The notes below the pieces were generated by a model. It had not been told where the DNA came from. It saw only the letters and a program-made list of their open reading frames with translations, and did no database searches. This document shows positions 25,106-34,536 of a stretch of DNA of 64,000 nt, piece by piece (position 1 is the stretch's first letter; the number at the start of each line of letters is the position of its first letter). The DNA is from Azospirillaceae bacterium (lineage in GTDB: Bacteria; Pseudomonadota; Alphaproteobacteria; Azospirillales; Azospirillaceae). The DNA is taken from positions 2,292-66,291 of the forward strand of contig JAPWJW010000004.1 of the NCBI GenBank assembly GCA_028283825.1. Direction: 5' to 3'. A program made the position numbers and the translations under genes.

Positions 25106-25990
25106 ATGCTTTTCCAACTCACCAAGGTCGATGCTGATCAGCGCCTGGTCTATGCCAGCCTGAGCGAGACCCCGGACCGCGCCGGCGAAGTCATGGACTA
25201 CGCCAGCAGCAAGCCCAATTTCCAGGCCTGGTCGGACAGCCTGGCCAAGGTCACCGGCGGCCAGAACCTGGGCAACATCCGCTCGATGCACACCACGGCC
25301 GTGGCGGCGGGCTGCCTGGTCTCCATCGACTTCGACGACGCCGCCAAGCGCATCAACCTGTGCGGCCGCATCGTCGATGATGGTGAGTGGGCCAAGGTGC
25401 AGGCCGGCGTCTACACGGGCTTCAGCCCGGGCGGCAAGTACGCCCGCCGGTGGCGCGATGGCAACGTGCGCCGCTATACCGCCAAGCCGGCCGAACTGAG
25501 CCTGGTGGACGTGCCCTGCATGCCGGACGCGACCTTCACCCTGGTGAAGGTGGCCGGTGGGGGTGAAGAGCAGCTGGGCTTCCTGTCCGTCGATGACGGT
25601 GACCTGGTCAAGTCCGCCGGCGAACACGCCCAACGCATCCATGACCATGCCGTCCACATGGGCGCCCACTGCGCCTGCGGCGACGACATTCGCACGGCCG
25701 CCGACAACGAGGCCGCCATGGCCAAGGTGGCGGGCGACAACGACACGCTGCGTAAGCAGCTGGACGACCTGGCCGCCGACCGTGATCGCCTGGCCAAGCG
25801 CGTGGCCGACCTGGAAGCGCAGCCCACCGGCGGCGGCCCGGTCCGTGCCCCCACCGATCCCGGCAAGATGGGCGCCCCCACCGATCATGGCGCGGGCACC
25901 GGCACCTTCGATGAACGCCTGGCCAAGGTGAACGCCATGCCACCCGGCCTTGAACGTGCCGAGGCGTTGAAGGCCCTGGCCGGCTCCTGA
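25106..25990 (+). CDS. Prohead protease / scaffold fusion (Mu gpI-like)
   Basis: N-terminal protease-like domain (FQLTKVDADQRLVYASLSETPDRAGEVMDY). C-terminal coiled coil (LRKQLDDLAADRDRLAKRVADLEAQ). Immediately upstream of the capsid gene. Confidence 0.6.
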   Translation: MLFQLTKVDADQRLVYASLSETPDRAGEVMDYASSKPNFQAWSDSLAKVTGGQNLGNIRSMHTTAVAAGCLVSIDFDDAAKRINLCGRIVDDGEWAKVQAGVYTGFSPGGKYARRWRDGNVRRYTAKPAELSLVDVPCMPDATFTLVKVAGGGEEQLGFLSVDDGDLVKSAGEHAQRIHDHAVHMGAHCACGDDIRTAADNEAAMAKVAGDNDTLRKQLDDLAADRDRLAKRVADLEAQPTGGGPVRAPTDPGKMGAPTDHGAGTGTFDERLAKVNAMPPGLERAEALKALAGS

Positions 25991-26016
25991 CCCACACACC
26001 TTTCCGGAGATCCTTG

Positions 26017-27537
26017 ATGCATCCCCAGCAGTATTCCGAGTTCCGTGATGAGACGAAGTTCAACGCCCTTCTGAAGGCGGCCTTCGACAACCCCCTGAAG
26101 GTCAACCCTGAACTCTTGGAGGAGATGGCCAAGGTTTGGCAGCAGTCCACCAACGCCACCCAGGGCCTGACCTATTACGACGTGCAGGCGCCGGCGGTTG
26201 AGCTGGTGCCGATGCTGACCCCCTTGCTGAACGCCATCCCCCGCGACGTGGGCGGCCTGGGCATCCAGGCCAACTGGAAGGCCATTACCGGGGTCAACGT
26301 CACCTCAATGTCCGCCGGCGTGGCCCAGGGGCGTCGCGGTGGGCAGGTCGTCACCCAGACCGCCGACTACAGCGCCTCCTTCCGTGGTCTCGGCCTGGAA
26401 GACGCCGTCACCTTCGAGGCGCAGATGGCGGGCAAGCGGTTCCAGGACGTCCGTGCCACGATGGGCCTGCTGCTGATCAAGGCGCTGAAGCTGGCTGAAG
26501 AGAAGATCGTTCTGGCCGGCAATACCTCGCTGAAGCTGGGCACCACCCCGACGCCCACCGTGGTTGCGTCGAACGCCGGGGGTGCCCTCACGGCCGGCAC
26601 CTGGTCCGTCATCTGCGCCGCGCTGACCTTCGATGGCCTGCAGAGTGCCAGCGTGGGCGGCGGCGTCCTCGGCCAGGTCACGCGCCAGAACGCGGGCGGC
26701 ACCACCGAGACTTACGGGGGCGGCACCGCCAAGCTGTCCGCCGCTGCCACGGGTGCCACCACCGGCGCCGCCGGCAGTGTGACGGCCACCGTGACGTCCG
26801 TGCCGGGCGCGTTCGGTTACGCCTGGTTCTGGGGGGCGGCCGGCTCCGAGGTTCTGGGTGCCATCACCACCATCAACAGCGTGGCGATCAACGCCGCCGC
26901 GACCGGGACCCAGACGGCGGCCAGCCTGGGCGCCCTCGACAACTCGACCAACAACCTGGTCTATGACGGCCTGCTCACCCAGGTGCTGAAAAGCGGTGCC
27001 GGCTATTTCTATGCCATGCCGACCGGTACGGCCGGCGTGGGTACGCCCCTGACCGCCGATGGCAAGGGCGGCATTGTCGAAATCGAAAATGCGTTGCGCT
27101 GGTTCTGGGACAATTTCCGGGTCAGCCCCACGTGCATCTGGGTGTCCAGCCAAGAGCAGACCAACATCACCAACAAGGTGCTGTCGGCCACCAGCAACGG
27201 CGCCAAGCGGCTGGTGATCAATACCGAGCAGGGCAACGTCGTGGGCGGCGACCTGGTGACCGGCTACCTGAACCGGTACGCCTCAGGCGGTTCGAAGGTA
27301 ATCCCCATCCGCCAGCACCCTGACCTGACGCCGGGCACCATCCTGTTCGACACGGACATGATCCCGTACGCCGTGGGCTTCTCCAACCCGAAGAAAATCC
27401 TGCTGCGCCAGGACTACAACATCATCGACTGGACGATCACCCAGCGTCAGTGGGAGGCCGGCATCTACCTGGACGGGGTGCTGCAGAACTACGCCCCCTT
27501 CGCTTTCGGCGCGATCACCAACATCGCCAACGGCTGA
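26017..27537 (+). CDS. Major capsid protein (large, with Thr/Gly/Ala-rich insertion)
   Basis: Position after protease/scaffold and a strong downstream hairpin. 506 aa. Family not identified by eye. Confidence 0.65.
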   Translation: MHPQQYSEFRDETKFNALLKAAFDNPLKVNPELLEEMAKVWQQSTNATQGLTYYDVQAPAVELVPMLTPLLNAIPRDVGGLGIQANWKAITGVNVTSMSAGVAQGRRGGQVVTQTADYSASFRGLGLEDAVTFEAQMAGKRFQDVRATMGLLLIKALKLAEEKIVLAGNTSLKLGTTPTPTVVASNAGGALTAGTWSVICAALTFDGLQSASVGGGVLGQVTRQNAGGTTETYGGGTAKLSAAATGATTGAAGSVTATVTSVPGAFGYAWFWGAAGSEVLGAITTINSVAINAAATGTQTAASLGALDNSTNNLVYDGLLTQVLKSGAGYFYAMPTGTAGVGTPLTADGKGGIVEIENALRWFWDNFRVSPTCIWVSSQEQTNITNKVLSATSNGAKRLVINTEQGNVVGGDLVTGYLNRYASGGSKVIPIRQHPDLTPGTILFDTDMIPYAVGFSNPKKILLRQDYNIIDWTITQRQWEAGIYLDGVLQNYAPFAFGAITNIANG

Positions 27538-27555
27538 CCAGCCAAGGGTGCAAGG

Positions 27556-27583
27556 GTGCCCGGCAGGCTGTCGCGCCGGGCGC
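27556..27583 (+). terminator. GC hairpin after the capsid gene (partial terminator or stability element)
   Basis: GTGCCCGGC aggctgtcgc GCCGGGCGC. No clear U-tract. Confidence 0.35.
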
Positions 27584-27604
27584 CCATCACTGGAGTGATC
27601 TGTC

Positions 27605-28153
27605 ATGGCGGATTTCACCACCCTCGCGGCTGCGCGGCTCTGGGCCAACATCAAGGGCACCGCCGACGACGCGTTGCTGTCCAGTCTGATCACCAGCTGC
27701 AGCGACGCCATGCTGGCTTACTGCAATCGCGACTTCTTCCTGTCGCAGGACAAGACGGAGATCCGGGACGGCACGGGTAGCCCCCAGTTGACGGTGCGCA
27801 ACTATCCCCTGACGGCCGTCAGCGAGGTCACCGTCAATGGGCGGCCGATCCCGGCCGGGTCGGTGACGACGCCGGGCTTCTACTTCGCCGACACGCGCAT
27901 TGTGCTGAACGGCTACGCCTTCCTGCGCGGGGTGGCCAACGTCACCGTGGCATACACGGCCGGCTGGGCGACCCTACCGCCGGCCCTGGTGCAGGCCTGC
28001 AACGAATTGGTCGCCTTCGCCTACAAGAACCGCGACCACATCGGCGTGAGCAGCCAGGCGGGGGTCAACCAGACCACCTCTTACATCACCGCCGCCATGC
28101 CGCAGGGCGTCGCGGCCATCCTGCAGCAGTACCGCCGCGTGGTGCCCGTATGA
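27605..28153 (+). CDS. Head-tail connector (gp6-like adaptor)
   Basis: ADFTTLAAARLWANIKGTADDALLSSLITSCSDAMLAYCNRDF is typical of gp6-like connector N-termini. Position fits. Confidence 0.55.
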   Translation: MADFTTLAAARLWANIKGTADDALLSSLITSCSDAMLAYCNRDFFLSQDKTEIRDGTGSPQLTVRNYPLTAVSEVTVNGRPIPAGSVTTPGFYFADTRIVLNGYAFLRGVANVTVAYTAGWATLPPALVQACNELVAFAYKNRDHIGVSSQAGVNQTTSYITAAMPQGVAAILQQYRRVVPV

Positions 28154-28650
28154 GCGATTTCATCGAGATCAGCAGCACGGGGATGCCGGAGGTCACGGTC
28201 AACGTGGCGCAGTTCCCCGATGTGGTCCGGCTGGCCATGGCGCGGCAGATCGTGTCCGAGGCAGCCGGCCTGGAACGGACCCTTAAGACCAAGGCCCTGG
28301 CCGGTGAAATCCTGCAGCGCCGCAGCGGCCGGCTGGCCAACAGCATCCACACCGAAACGGAGATCGAGGGCAACCGCGTCGTCAGCATCGTCGGCACCGA
28401 CGTTGAATACGCCGCCTACCATGAATTCGGCTTTCACGGGTCGATGACGGTGCACCGGTCCGAGGCCACGCGGGCCCAGTGGAGCGCGCACATCCTGGGA
28501 CGGAAGGCGGTCAACAAGGAAAGCTGGACGCGCACCGTCAACTACGCGGGCCGCCCGTTCATGAAGCCGACATTTGAGGCTGCGCTTCCGGGCATCGAGG
28601 CGCGCATGACCGAGGCCCTGAAGAAGGCGACGGGCGAGGCCATGAAATGA
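28150..28650 (+). CDS. HK97 gp10-family head-tail joining protein
   Basis: RRSGRLANSIHTETEIEGNRVVSIVGTDVEYAAYHEFG matches the gp10 family pattern. Confidence 0.6.
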   Translation: MSDFIEISSTGMPEVTVNVAQFPDVVRLAMARQIVSEAAGLERTLKTKALAGEILQRRSGRLANSIHTETEIEGNRVVSIVGTDVEYAAYHEFGFHGSMTVHRSEATRAQWSAHILGRKAVNKESWTRTVNYAGRPFMKPTFEAALPGIEARMTEALKKATGEAMK

Positions 28651-29078
28651 GCCGCGATGCCTATTACGAGGCGCTGTTCACCTATCTCAGCGTCCTGAAA
28701 AGCCAGGGGACAGTTCAGACCGCCGAACGCGGCGTCGTGGCCTTGGCCGACGTCGCGGAGGCCGATTTGCCGGCCCTGTTCCTGGTGGTCGCCGACCAAG
28801 TCTACCGGCCTACGCAAGGTTTTCCGGCTAAGCGCACCTTGGAGGCCCTGGTTTTCCTTTATGCGGCTCGGGGCGACGACGGCGTGACCACCGCTGGTGC
28901 CAAGGTCAACGCCTTGCTGGACGCCGTGGAGGGGGTGCTGCAGCCGGCACCGGGCTTCACGCAGACGCTGGGCGGCCTGGCTGAGTGGGTCCGCATCGAC
29001 GGGACCGTTCAGGTTTTCGAGGGCCCCGACCAGACCCGTGCGGGCGCCGCCGTTCCTATCCGCATGCTCATCCCCTGA
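28647..29078 (+). CDS. Tail completion/terminator-like protein
   Basis: Position between the gp10-like and tail tube genes; 143 aa. Confidence 0.4.
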   Translation: MSRDAYYEALFTYLSVLKSQGTVQTAERGVVALADVAEADLPALFLVVADQVYRPTQGFPAKRTLEALVFLYAARGDDGVTTAGAKVNALLDAVEGVLQPAPGFTQTLGGLAEWVRIDGTVQVFEGPDQTRAGAAVPIRMLIP

Positions 29079-29094
29079 ACCTGAAAGGCACGCC

Positions 29095-29358
29095 ATGGAT
29101 GACAGTGAAGTCCTGCCCCCGGCCACCGAAACGCCGACGCCCGAAACGACCCCGGCGGGGGAGAGCGCCGCGGCTGCCCCGGCCCCGGCGGCGGGTACCC
29201 CGCTGGCGGCTCGCCTCGATGCCGCCGTGTCGGCCTGGATCGTTGACCAGGTCCACAACAGCCCGCTGGCCCGCGTCACCGAGGCTTACAACCACCTGAT
29301 CGGCAGCCTGCCGGCCCTGAAGGCCCGCGTGCTGGCCATCCTCGAAACAGAGGTCTGA
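29095..29358 (+). CDS. Hypothetical structural-module protein
   Basis: ATG 29095. Pro/Thr/Ala-rich N-terminus, helical C-terminus. Confidence 0.4.
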   Translation: MDDSEVLPPATETPTPETTPAGESAAAAPAPAAGTPLAARLDAAVSAWIVDQVHNSPLARVTEAYNHLIGSLPALKARVLAILETEV

Positions 29359-29361
29359 CCC

Positions 29362-30099
29362 ATGCCCCAATATTCCTTCGGTGCCGGTTCCCTGTTCGGC
29401 ACCCCGGCCGGCGTGGCCAACGCCACTCCCGTCCAGTTCGGCACCCTGCAGTCCGTCTCGGTGGACATCGACTTCACCCTGAAGGAACTGTACGGCCAGA
29501 ACCAGTTCCCGGTGTCCGTCGCCCGCGGCCAGGCCAAGATCCAGGGCAAGGCCAAGACGGGTCAGATCCAGGGGCTGCTGTTCAACAGCCTGTTCTTCAG
29601 CGGCACGCAGGCGACCGGGCAGCAGCTGGTGGCCCTGAACGAGGCGGCGGCCGTGCCGGCGTCCACGCCCTATATGGTGACGGTGGCCAACAGCACCACC
29701 TTCGTGGCTGATCAGGGCGTCGTCTTCGCCGCCACCGGCGTGCAGCTGACCCGCGTGGCCAGCGCGCCCACCACCGGGCAGTATTCGGTTGCCGCCGGCG
29801 CCTACACCTTCGCCGCCGCCGATACCGGTGCGGGCCTGCTGATCAGCTACAGCTACACCAGCGCCACTGGTGGCACGGTCACCACCATCTCCAACCAGCT
29901 GCAGGGGGTGGCGCCCACCTTCTCCTGCACCCTGACCACGCCCTTCGGCGGCCAGAACTTCGTGCTCAGCCTGAACGCCTGCACCTCCAGCAAGCTGCAG
30001 CTGGCGACCAAGCAGGGCGACTACATGCAGCCGGAGTTCGACTTCATGGCCTTCGCTGACGCCTCCGGCACGGTGGGCCAACTCAGCGTGCAGGGGTAA
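29362..30099 (+). CDS. Major tail tube protein (siphovirus-type)
   Basis: Position immediately upstream of the G/GT chaperone pair and tape measure; 245 aa. Confidence 0.55.
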   Translation: MPQYSFGAGSLFGTPAGVANATPVQFGTLQSVSVDIDFTLKELYGQNQFPVSVARGQAKIQGKAKTGQIQGLLFNSLFFSGTQATGQQLVALNEAAAVPASTPYMVTVANSTTFVADQGVVFAATGVQLTRVASAPTTGQYSVAAGAYTFAAADTGAGLLISYSYTSATGGTVTTISNQLQGVAPTFSCTLTTPFGGQNFVLSLNACTSSKLQLATKQGDYMQPEFDFMAFADASGTVGQLSVQG

Positions 30100-30103
30100 G
30101 GCC

Positions 30104-30481
30104 ATGGCGAAGGAATCCGTCAAGGCCGGCTGGTTGATCACCCTGGGCGCGCAGTCCTTTCCAGTTGGGCTGTTCACCTTGGGGCAGGTTGGCCGCGCCT
30201 TCGAACATCTCGACCAGGCGCTGCTGCCGCTATCGCAAGGCGGCCTGCAGGGCTGCCGACAGCTGATCGCCATCGCCCTGGAGCGCCAGCTGTGCGCGCA
30301 GGAAATCAGCGATGGCCAGTCTGACGACCAGGTCGCGCTCTTGGCCTACGAACGTGTGGGGGCGTTCGAGGGGACGCCGGAGCAGATCGTGGCGGCGGTC
30401 ACCACAATCGCCCACGCATCGGGGCTGATACGCCTGGGGGAGCCTCAAGCGGGGATGGCGACAGTGGCGGGGTCCGCCTGA
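30104..30481 (+). CDS. Tail assembly chaperone (gpG-like)
   Basis: 125 aa, between tail tube and tape measure. Followed by a start-less coding ORF in the -1 frame. Confidence 0.6.
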   Translation: MAKESVKAGWLITLGAQSFPVGLFTLGQVGRAFEHLDQALLPLSQGGLQGCRQLIAIALERQLCAQEISDGQSDDQVALLAYERVGAFEGTPEQIVAAVTTIAHASGLIRLGEPQAGMATVAGSA

Positions 30482-30714
30482 CCTGGGACGAGTTCCTGGC
30501 CCAGCTGTGCATCGACACGGGTTGGCCCTATTCCGAAGTCCTGGCGCTGACGGTTCCCCGCTACCTGGCGCTGCTAAAGCGCTGGGAGGTCTATCCCCCC
30601 GTCAGCCGCCTGATCGCCTGGTATCTCGGCCTCGGCAAAGAGAAGGCGACTGACGAAGCATCCCTTAACGACTTGCTCGCCCTGTTCGGCGCCGGTGGTG
30701 GCGTCATCCGGTAG
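30434..30714 (+). CDS. gpT-like -1 frame extension of the tail assembly chaperone (G-T fusion product)
   Basis: The -1 frame reads ...TWDEFLAQLCIDTGWPYSEVLALTVPRYLALLKRWEVYPPVSRLIAWYLGLGKEK...GGGVIR* with high GC3 and no start codon of its own. Candidate slip run CUGGGGGAG at 30434-30442. Confidence 0.55.
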
Positions 30715-30731
30715 TAGAGGTTTTGGACCCC

Positions 30732-31730
30732 ATGACCGACCAGGTCGTTTCCATTCGGCTCGATGCGGATGCCAGCACCGTCCAGGCCGCCTCTGCCAAG
30801 GCGGAGACGGCATTAAAGAGCCTCTACAACACCCTGAACGCCGGAGCCCCCGCCGCGCGTTCCATGTCGGTCGAGACCCAGCGTTACGTCGAACAGATCG
30901 ACGGCGCCCAGCGGACGTTGCGTACGACGCAGGACCAGTTCCAGGCCGTGTCCGACGCCCTGGAAAACCAAGAGATCAGCGCCAACGAGGCCACGCGGGC
31001 GTTCCAGGCCATTGAGGCGGCTGCCGGCGCGGCGGCCAAGGGTGAGGAAGGTCTTTCCCTCTCGACGGTGGGGGCACGCCGCGAACTGGTGGTGTTGGGA
31101 CACGAGATCATCAGCGGGAATTTTTCGAGGATCCCGGGCTCGCTGATGGTGTTGGGCGAACGCATGGGCGGGCTATCGCTGTCGCTCATGGGTACCGCCG
31201 GTGCCTTCGCTGCTGTGGGTTACGGCGCCTACGAGCTGGTCGAACACATCCGGGAGGTGGATCAGGAGGTCAAAGGCCTCTCTGGTGACATGTCGGCCAT
31301 CGGCAAGGGTGCCCAGAACACCCCTACCCAGGTCGAAGCGTGGTTGGACCGCATCAGGGACAAGTACGGCCTGACGCGCAAAGAGGCGCTGAGCCTGGGC
31401 GAGGCCATGCGCGGCCTCAACGCCAGCGAGGCGGATCAATCGGCGTTGGAAAAATATGCCGTCACGCTGGCCAAGATGGCGCCGGCGGAAGGTGGGGTGG
31501 AGAAGGTCAGCAAGTCCTTCGCGACGGCATGGGATGGGGGCGCCGACGCCGTCGAGAAGCTGGGCCTGCAGCTGCGGGCGCTGAACGAGGACGATCTGAA
31601 GGCGCTGGATACCGCCCGTCAGCAGCATGACGTGGCTGCAGCCCGCGTCGTCATGCTGCAGATGCTGGAACGCCGCCTTCTGGGCATCGCCGACGCCCAG
31701 CAGGCGGTCAATGAATGCCGCCCGGGATGA
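30732..31730 (+). CDS. Tape measure protein, N-terminal ORF
   Basis: Follows the G/GT pair. Coiled-coil plus hydrophobic segment GLSLSLMGTAGAFAAVGYGAY. ATG 30732 with AGAGG RBS. Confidence 0.6.
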   Translation: MTDQVVSIRLDADASTVQAASAKAETALKSLYNTLNAGAPAARSMSVETQRYVEQIDGAQRTLRTTQDQFQAVSDALENQEISANEATRAFQAIEAAAGAAAKGEEGLSLSTVGARRELVVLGHEIISGNFSRIPGSLMVLGERMGGLSLSLMGTAGAFAAVGYGAYELVEHIREVDQEVKGLSGDMSAIGKGAQNTPTQVEAWLDRIRDKYGLTRKEALSLGEAMRGLNASEADQSALEKYAVTLAKMAPAEGGVEKVSKSFATAWDGGADAVEKLGLQLRALNEDDLKALDTARQQHDVAAARVVMLQMLERRLLGIADAQQAVNECRPG

Positions 31731-33933
31731 AGGGGCCCACAACCGCATCGGGTTCAGCAAGGACGATTGGGGCGTCGATCAGACCCGGTCCACAGCCGCC
31801 AAGGGGCAGCTGCAGACGGCCATGGCCAACCAAGGCCCTGATCAGAACCAGGTTGAAGAGTTCCAGAAGGATCAGTTCGGCCCACAGCAGCTGCAACGGC
31901 AGTTGCAAGCCCAGGCGGCGATCTGGACGGAGGGGCGGGCGGCCCTGTTGGCCAAGGAAGTCGAGGCCTGGCAGCAACTCATCCAGACCGGCAACCTGGG
32001 CGCCGAAGCCCTGACGGAAGCCCAGCGCCAGCTGAACACAGCCCAGGCTGCCCTGCGCCAGCAGAACAGCGCCGACGCCGTCGCCAATGCCCGCGACGGG
32101 CTGGCCAGCCAGGCGGCCGTGACCGACCAAGGCCGGGCGCAGCGGCTGCAGGCGCAGATCGCCGCCGACCGCGAGTTGCTGGCCAGCACCACCCTGACGG
32201 TCGAGGATCGGAAGGGCGTCCAACGCGACCTGAACGCCGCCCTGGCGCAGCTGCGCCAGCAGGACAGCGCCGACGCCATCGCCCAGTCCCGCGCCCAGCT
32301 GGCCGAGCAGGCTGCCGTCGGCAGCCAGACCCGGGCGCAGCAGCTGCAGGCGCAGATCAGCGCGGACGAGCAGCTGTTGGCCAGCGGCAAGCTGACGGCG
32401 GACGCCCGCCTGGGGGTGGAACGCGAACTGAACCTGGCCAAGGCCAGCTTGGCCCATGAACAGGCGGCCGAAGGCCTGCGCACCCTGCAGGAAGAGGTGA
32501 CGGTCGCCCGTGCCGGCAGCCAGGAACGGATCGCCCTGCTGCAGCAGGAACTGGCGTATGCGAAGGCGCATTTCGGGGCCATGTCCACCGAGGCGAAGGA
32601 CGCGCAGACCGCGCTGACGGCCGCTGTCCGCGAAGGGCAGAAAGAACGCGAGGGCATCGAGCGCGAGGCCAACAACACCTCCATCCAGCTGAGCAAGATC
32701 GCCACCGAAGCCGAACGGGACCGGCTGGAAGCCGAGGTGCAGGCCGGCCGCATCACCGAGGCGCAGAAGATCGCCAGCCTGAAGCGCCTGGCGGACGCGG
32801 AGTACGAACAGAACCTGGAAATGCTGATCGAGCAGCGGGCCGCCCTGACGGAGGGCACGCTGGCGTGGCAGCAGGCGCAGGACAAGATCGACGTCCTGAC
32901 CGCCACCCACACGGCCCAGCTGGCCAAGTACGCGGATCAGACCGCGACGGCCAACGCCAAGGCAGCCCAGGCGTCCGCCCGTGCCTGGGAAAGCGCCCTG
33001 GCGCCGGTGGAGCGCGCCTGGGACAGCAGCCTGACCGGCTGGATCCAGGGTACCCAGACCCTCCAGCAGGCCATGGCGAAAATGGGCACGGCCATCCTGG
33101 CGGAAGAGATCACCACCGACACGAAATGGCTGTCGCACAAGCTGCTGGTCAATGCCATGGGCTTGGCCAGCGACAAAAGCACGGCTCAAGGCGGCCTGCT
33201 GGCCTATTTGCTGGCCGACCGGTCAAAGACGGTTTCGGCCACGGCGGCCGAGGCCACCCGCACGGCCTCCACTGCCACCGGCGTGGCGACCCGCACGGCC
33301 ACTACCGCCACTGAGAGTTCCTCGTTTATTGGGCGCTTGGGCTCGATGATCGCCGGCTGGCTGGGCCTGGAAACCGGCAAGACGGCGGCGACGGCGGCCG
33401 GCGTGACCGACCGCGCCATCGCCGACAAGGCGGAGGCGATCGCCGAAACCACCAAGGCCGAAGGCGAAATCCAGATCGCCGCTGCCGTGGCCGGCGCCAA
33501 TGCGTATGCGGCCTATGCCGCGGTGCCCCCGGTGGCGGCGGCGATGGCGGCCGAAGCGGTGGGCGCCGTCCAGGCGTTCAACAGCATGTTGGCGGTGGGG
33601 GGCGGCCTGGCCTCGGCCGCCGGCGGCTGGGGGCAGGTTCCATACGACGGTGCCATCACGGAGTTGCACAAGAACGAGATGGTCTTGCCGGCCAGCATCG
33701 CCAGCCCGCTGCGCGCCGCCGTGACCACCTGGCGCAACCCGCCGGCCAACCTGGTCGCCAACCAGAACGGCGCAGCTGCTGCGGCGCCGGCAGCAACGGG
33801 CGGCCAAGCGGGTGGTGATGTGCACCTGCACGTCAACGCCATGGACACCAAGTCTGTGGCGCAATTCTTCCAGGCCAACAAGGGGCCCTTGGCGGATGCC
33901 CTGAAGGCCGCTCACCGCAACGGGAAGCGCTGA
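31711..33933 (+). CDS. Tape measure protein, C-terminal ORF
   Basis: Long Ala/Gln-rich coiled coil with tandem repeats and Ala/Gly-rich hydrophobic C-terminal region. Overlaps the previous ORF by 20 nt in another frame. Combined span is 3n+1. Confidence 0.65.
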   Translation: MNAARDEGAHNRIGFSKDDWGVDQTRSTAAKGQLQTAMANQGPDQNQVEEFQKDQFGPQQLQRQLQAQAAIWTEGRAALLAKEVEAWQQLIQTGNLGAEALTEAQRQLNTAQAALRQQNSADAVANARDGLASQAAVTDQGRAQRLQAQIAADRELLASTTLTVEDRKGVQRDLNAALAQLRQQDSADAIAQSRAQLAEQAAVGSQTRAQQLQAQISADEQLLASGKLTADARLGVERELNLAKASLAHEQAAEGLRTLQEEVTVARAGSQERIALLQQELAYAKAHFGAMSTEAKDAQTALTAAVREGQKEREGIEREANNTSIQLSKIATEAERDRLEAEVQAGRITEAQKIASLKRLADAEYEQNLEMLIEQRAALTEGTLAWQQAQDKIDVLTATHTAQLAKYADQTATANAKAAQASARAWESALAPVERAWDSSLTGWIQGTQTLQQAMAKMGTAILAEEITTDTKWLSHKLLVNAMGLASDKSTAQGGLLAYLLADRSKTVSATAAEATRTASTATGVATRTATTATESSSFIGRLGSMIAGWLGLETGKTAATAAGVTDRAIADKAEAIAETTKAEGEIQIAAAVAGANAYAAYAAVPPVAAAMAAEAVGAVQAFNSMLAVGGGLASAAGGWGQVPYDGAITELHKNEMVLPASIASPLRAAVTTWRNPPANLVANQNGAAAAAPAATGGQAGGDVHLHVNAMDTKSVAQFFQANKGPLADALKAAHRNGKR
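32032..32427 (+). repeat. Two tandem 198-bp (66-aa) repeats inside the tape measure, third copy begins at 32428
   Basis: LNTAQAALRQQNSADAVANARDGLASQAAV... versus LNAALAQLRQQDSADAIAQSRAQLAEQAAV... Period measured from CTG at 32032, 32230 and 32428. Confidence 0.8.
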
Positions 33934-33936
33934 TCC

Positions 33937-34536
33937 ATGGCGCTGATCTATCCCACGCTGCCCGGCATCGCCTTCGATTGCACGAAGAAGCCGACCTGGT
34001 CCACGGACATCCAGAAGGCCAAGAGCGGCCGGGAAACCCGCATCCGCTGGCAGTCCCGCCCCCGCTGGGAATTCACGCTCGTCTATGAGTTTCTGCGCGA
34101 TACGGCCGCCGCCAATGAACTGCAAACGCTGCTGGGGTTCTATAACCAGGTGAGCGGCGCCTATCAGGCTTTCTTGTTCGTGGATCCCGACGACAACACC
34201 GCCGTCGGCCAGACCCTCGGTGTTGGCGACGGCACCAGCAAAGCCTGGACGATGATCCGGACCGCCGGGGGGGCCGTCGAAACCGTGGGCGCCGTCACCG
34301 CCCTGACCGCCGTCTACATCAACGGCGTGGTCACCACCGCCTACAGCCTGTCGGGCGTGACGATCACATTCAACAACCCACCCGCCGATGGCGCCGTGCT
34401 CTCCGCTGACTTCACCTATGCCTTCGTCTGCCGCTTCCAGGCCGATGATGACATGGAGGTATTGAAGTTCGCGAAGCAGCTGTGGGAGGCCAAAACGGTG
34501 AACCTGATCAGCCTGATTGGAGAGGTCATTACCTGA
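33937..34536 (+). CDS. Distal tail protein, RcGTA g12-like (DUF2460)
   Basis: First gene after the tape measure. ...WEFTLVYEFL...LLGFYNQVSGAYQAFLFVDPDD... resembles the DUF2460/TIGR02217 family. Confidence 0.6.
   Translation: MALIYPTLPGIAFDCTKKPTWSTDIQKAKSGRETRIRWQSRPRWEFTLVYEFLRDTAAANELQTLLGFYNQVSGAYQAFLFVDPDDNTAVGQTLGVGDGTSKAWTMIRTAGGAVETVGAVTALTAVYINGVVTTAYSLSGVTITFNNPPADGAVLSADFTYAFVCRFQADDDMEVLKFAKQLWEAKTVNLISLIGEVIT

Noticed and set aside
29066-29092. CCCCTGAACCTGAAAGG upstream of ORF 29095 resembling the start of the late-promoter element
   Set aside because: Partial match only, with no dyad. It lies 5-20 nt from the start codon, too close to act as a promoter.
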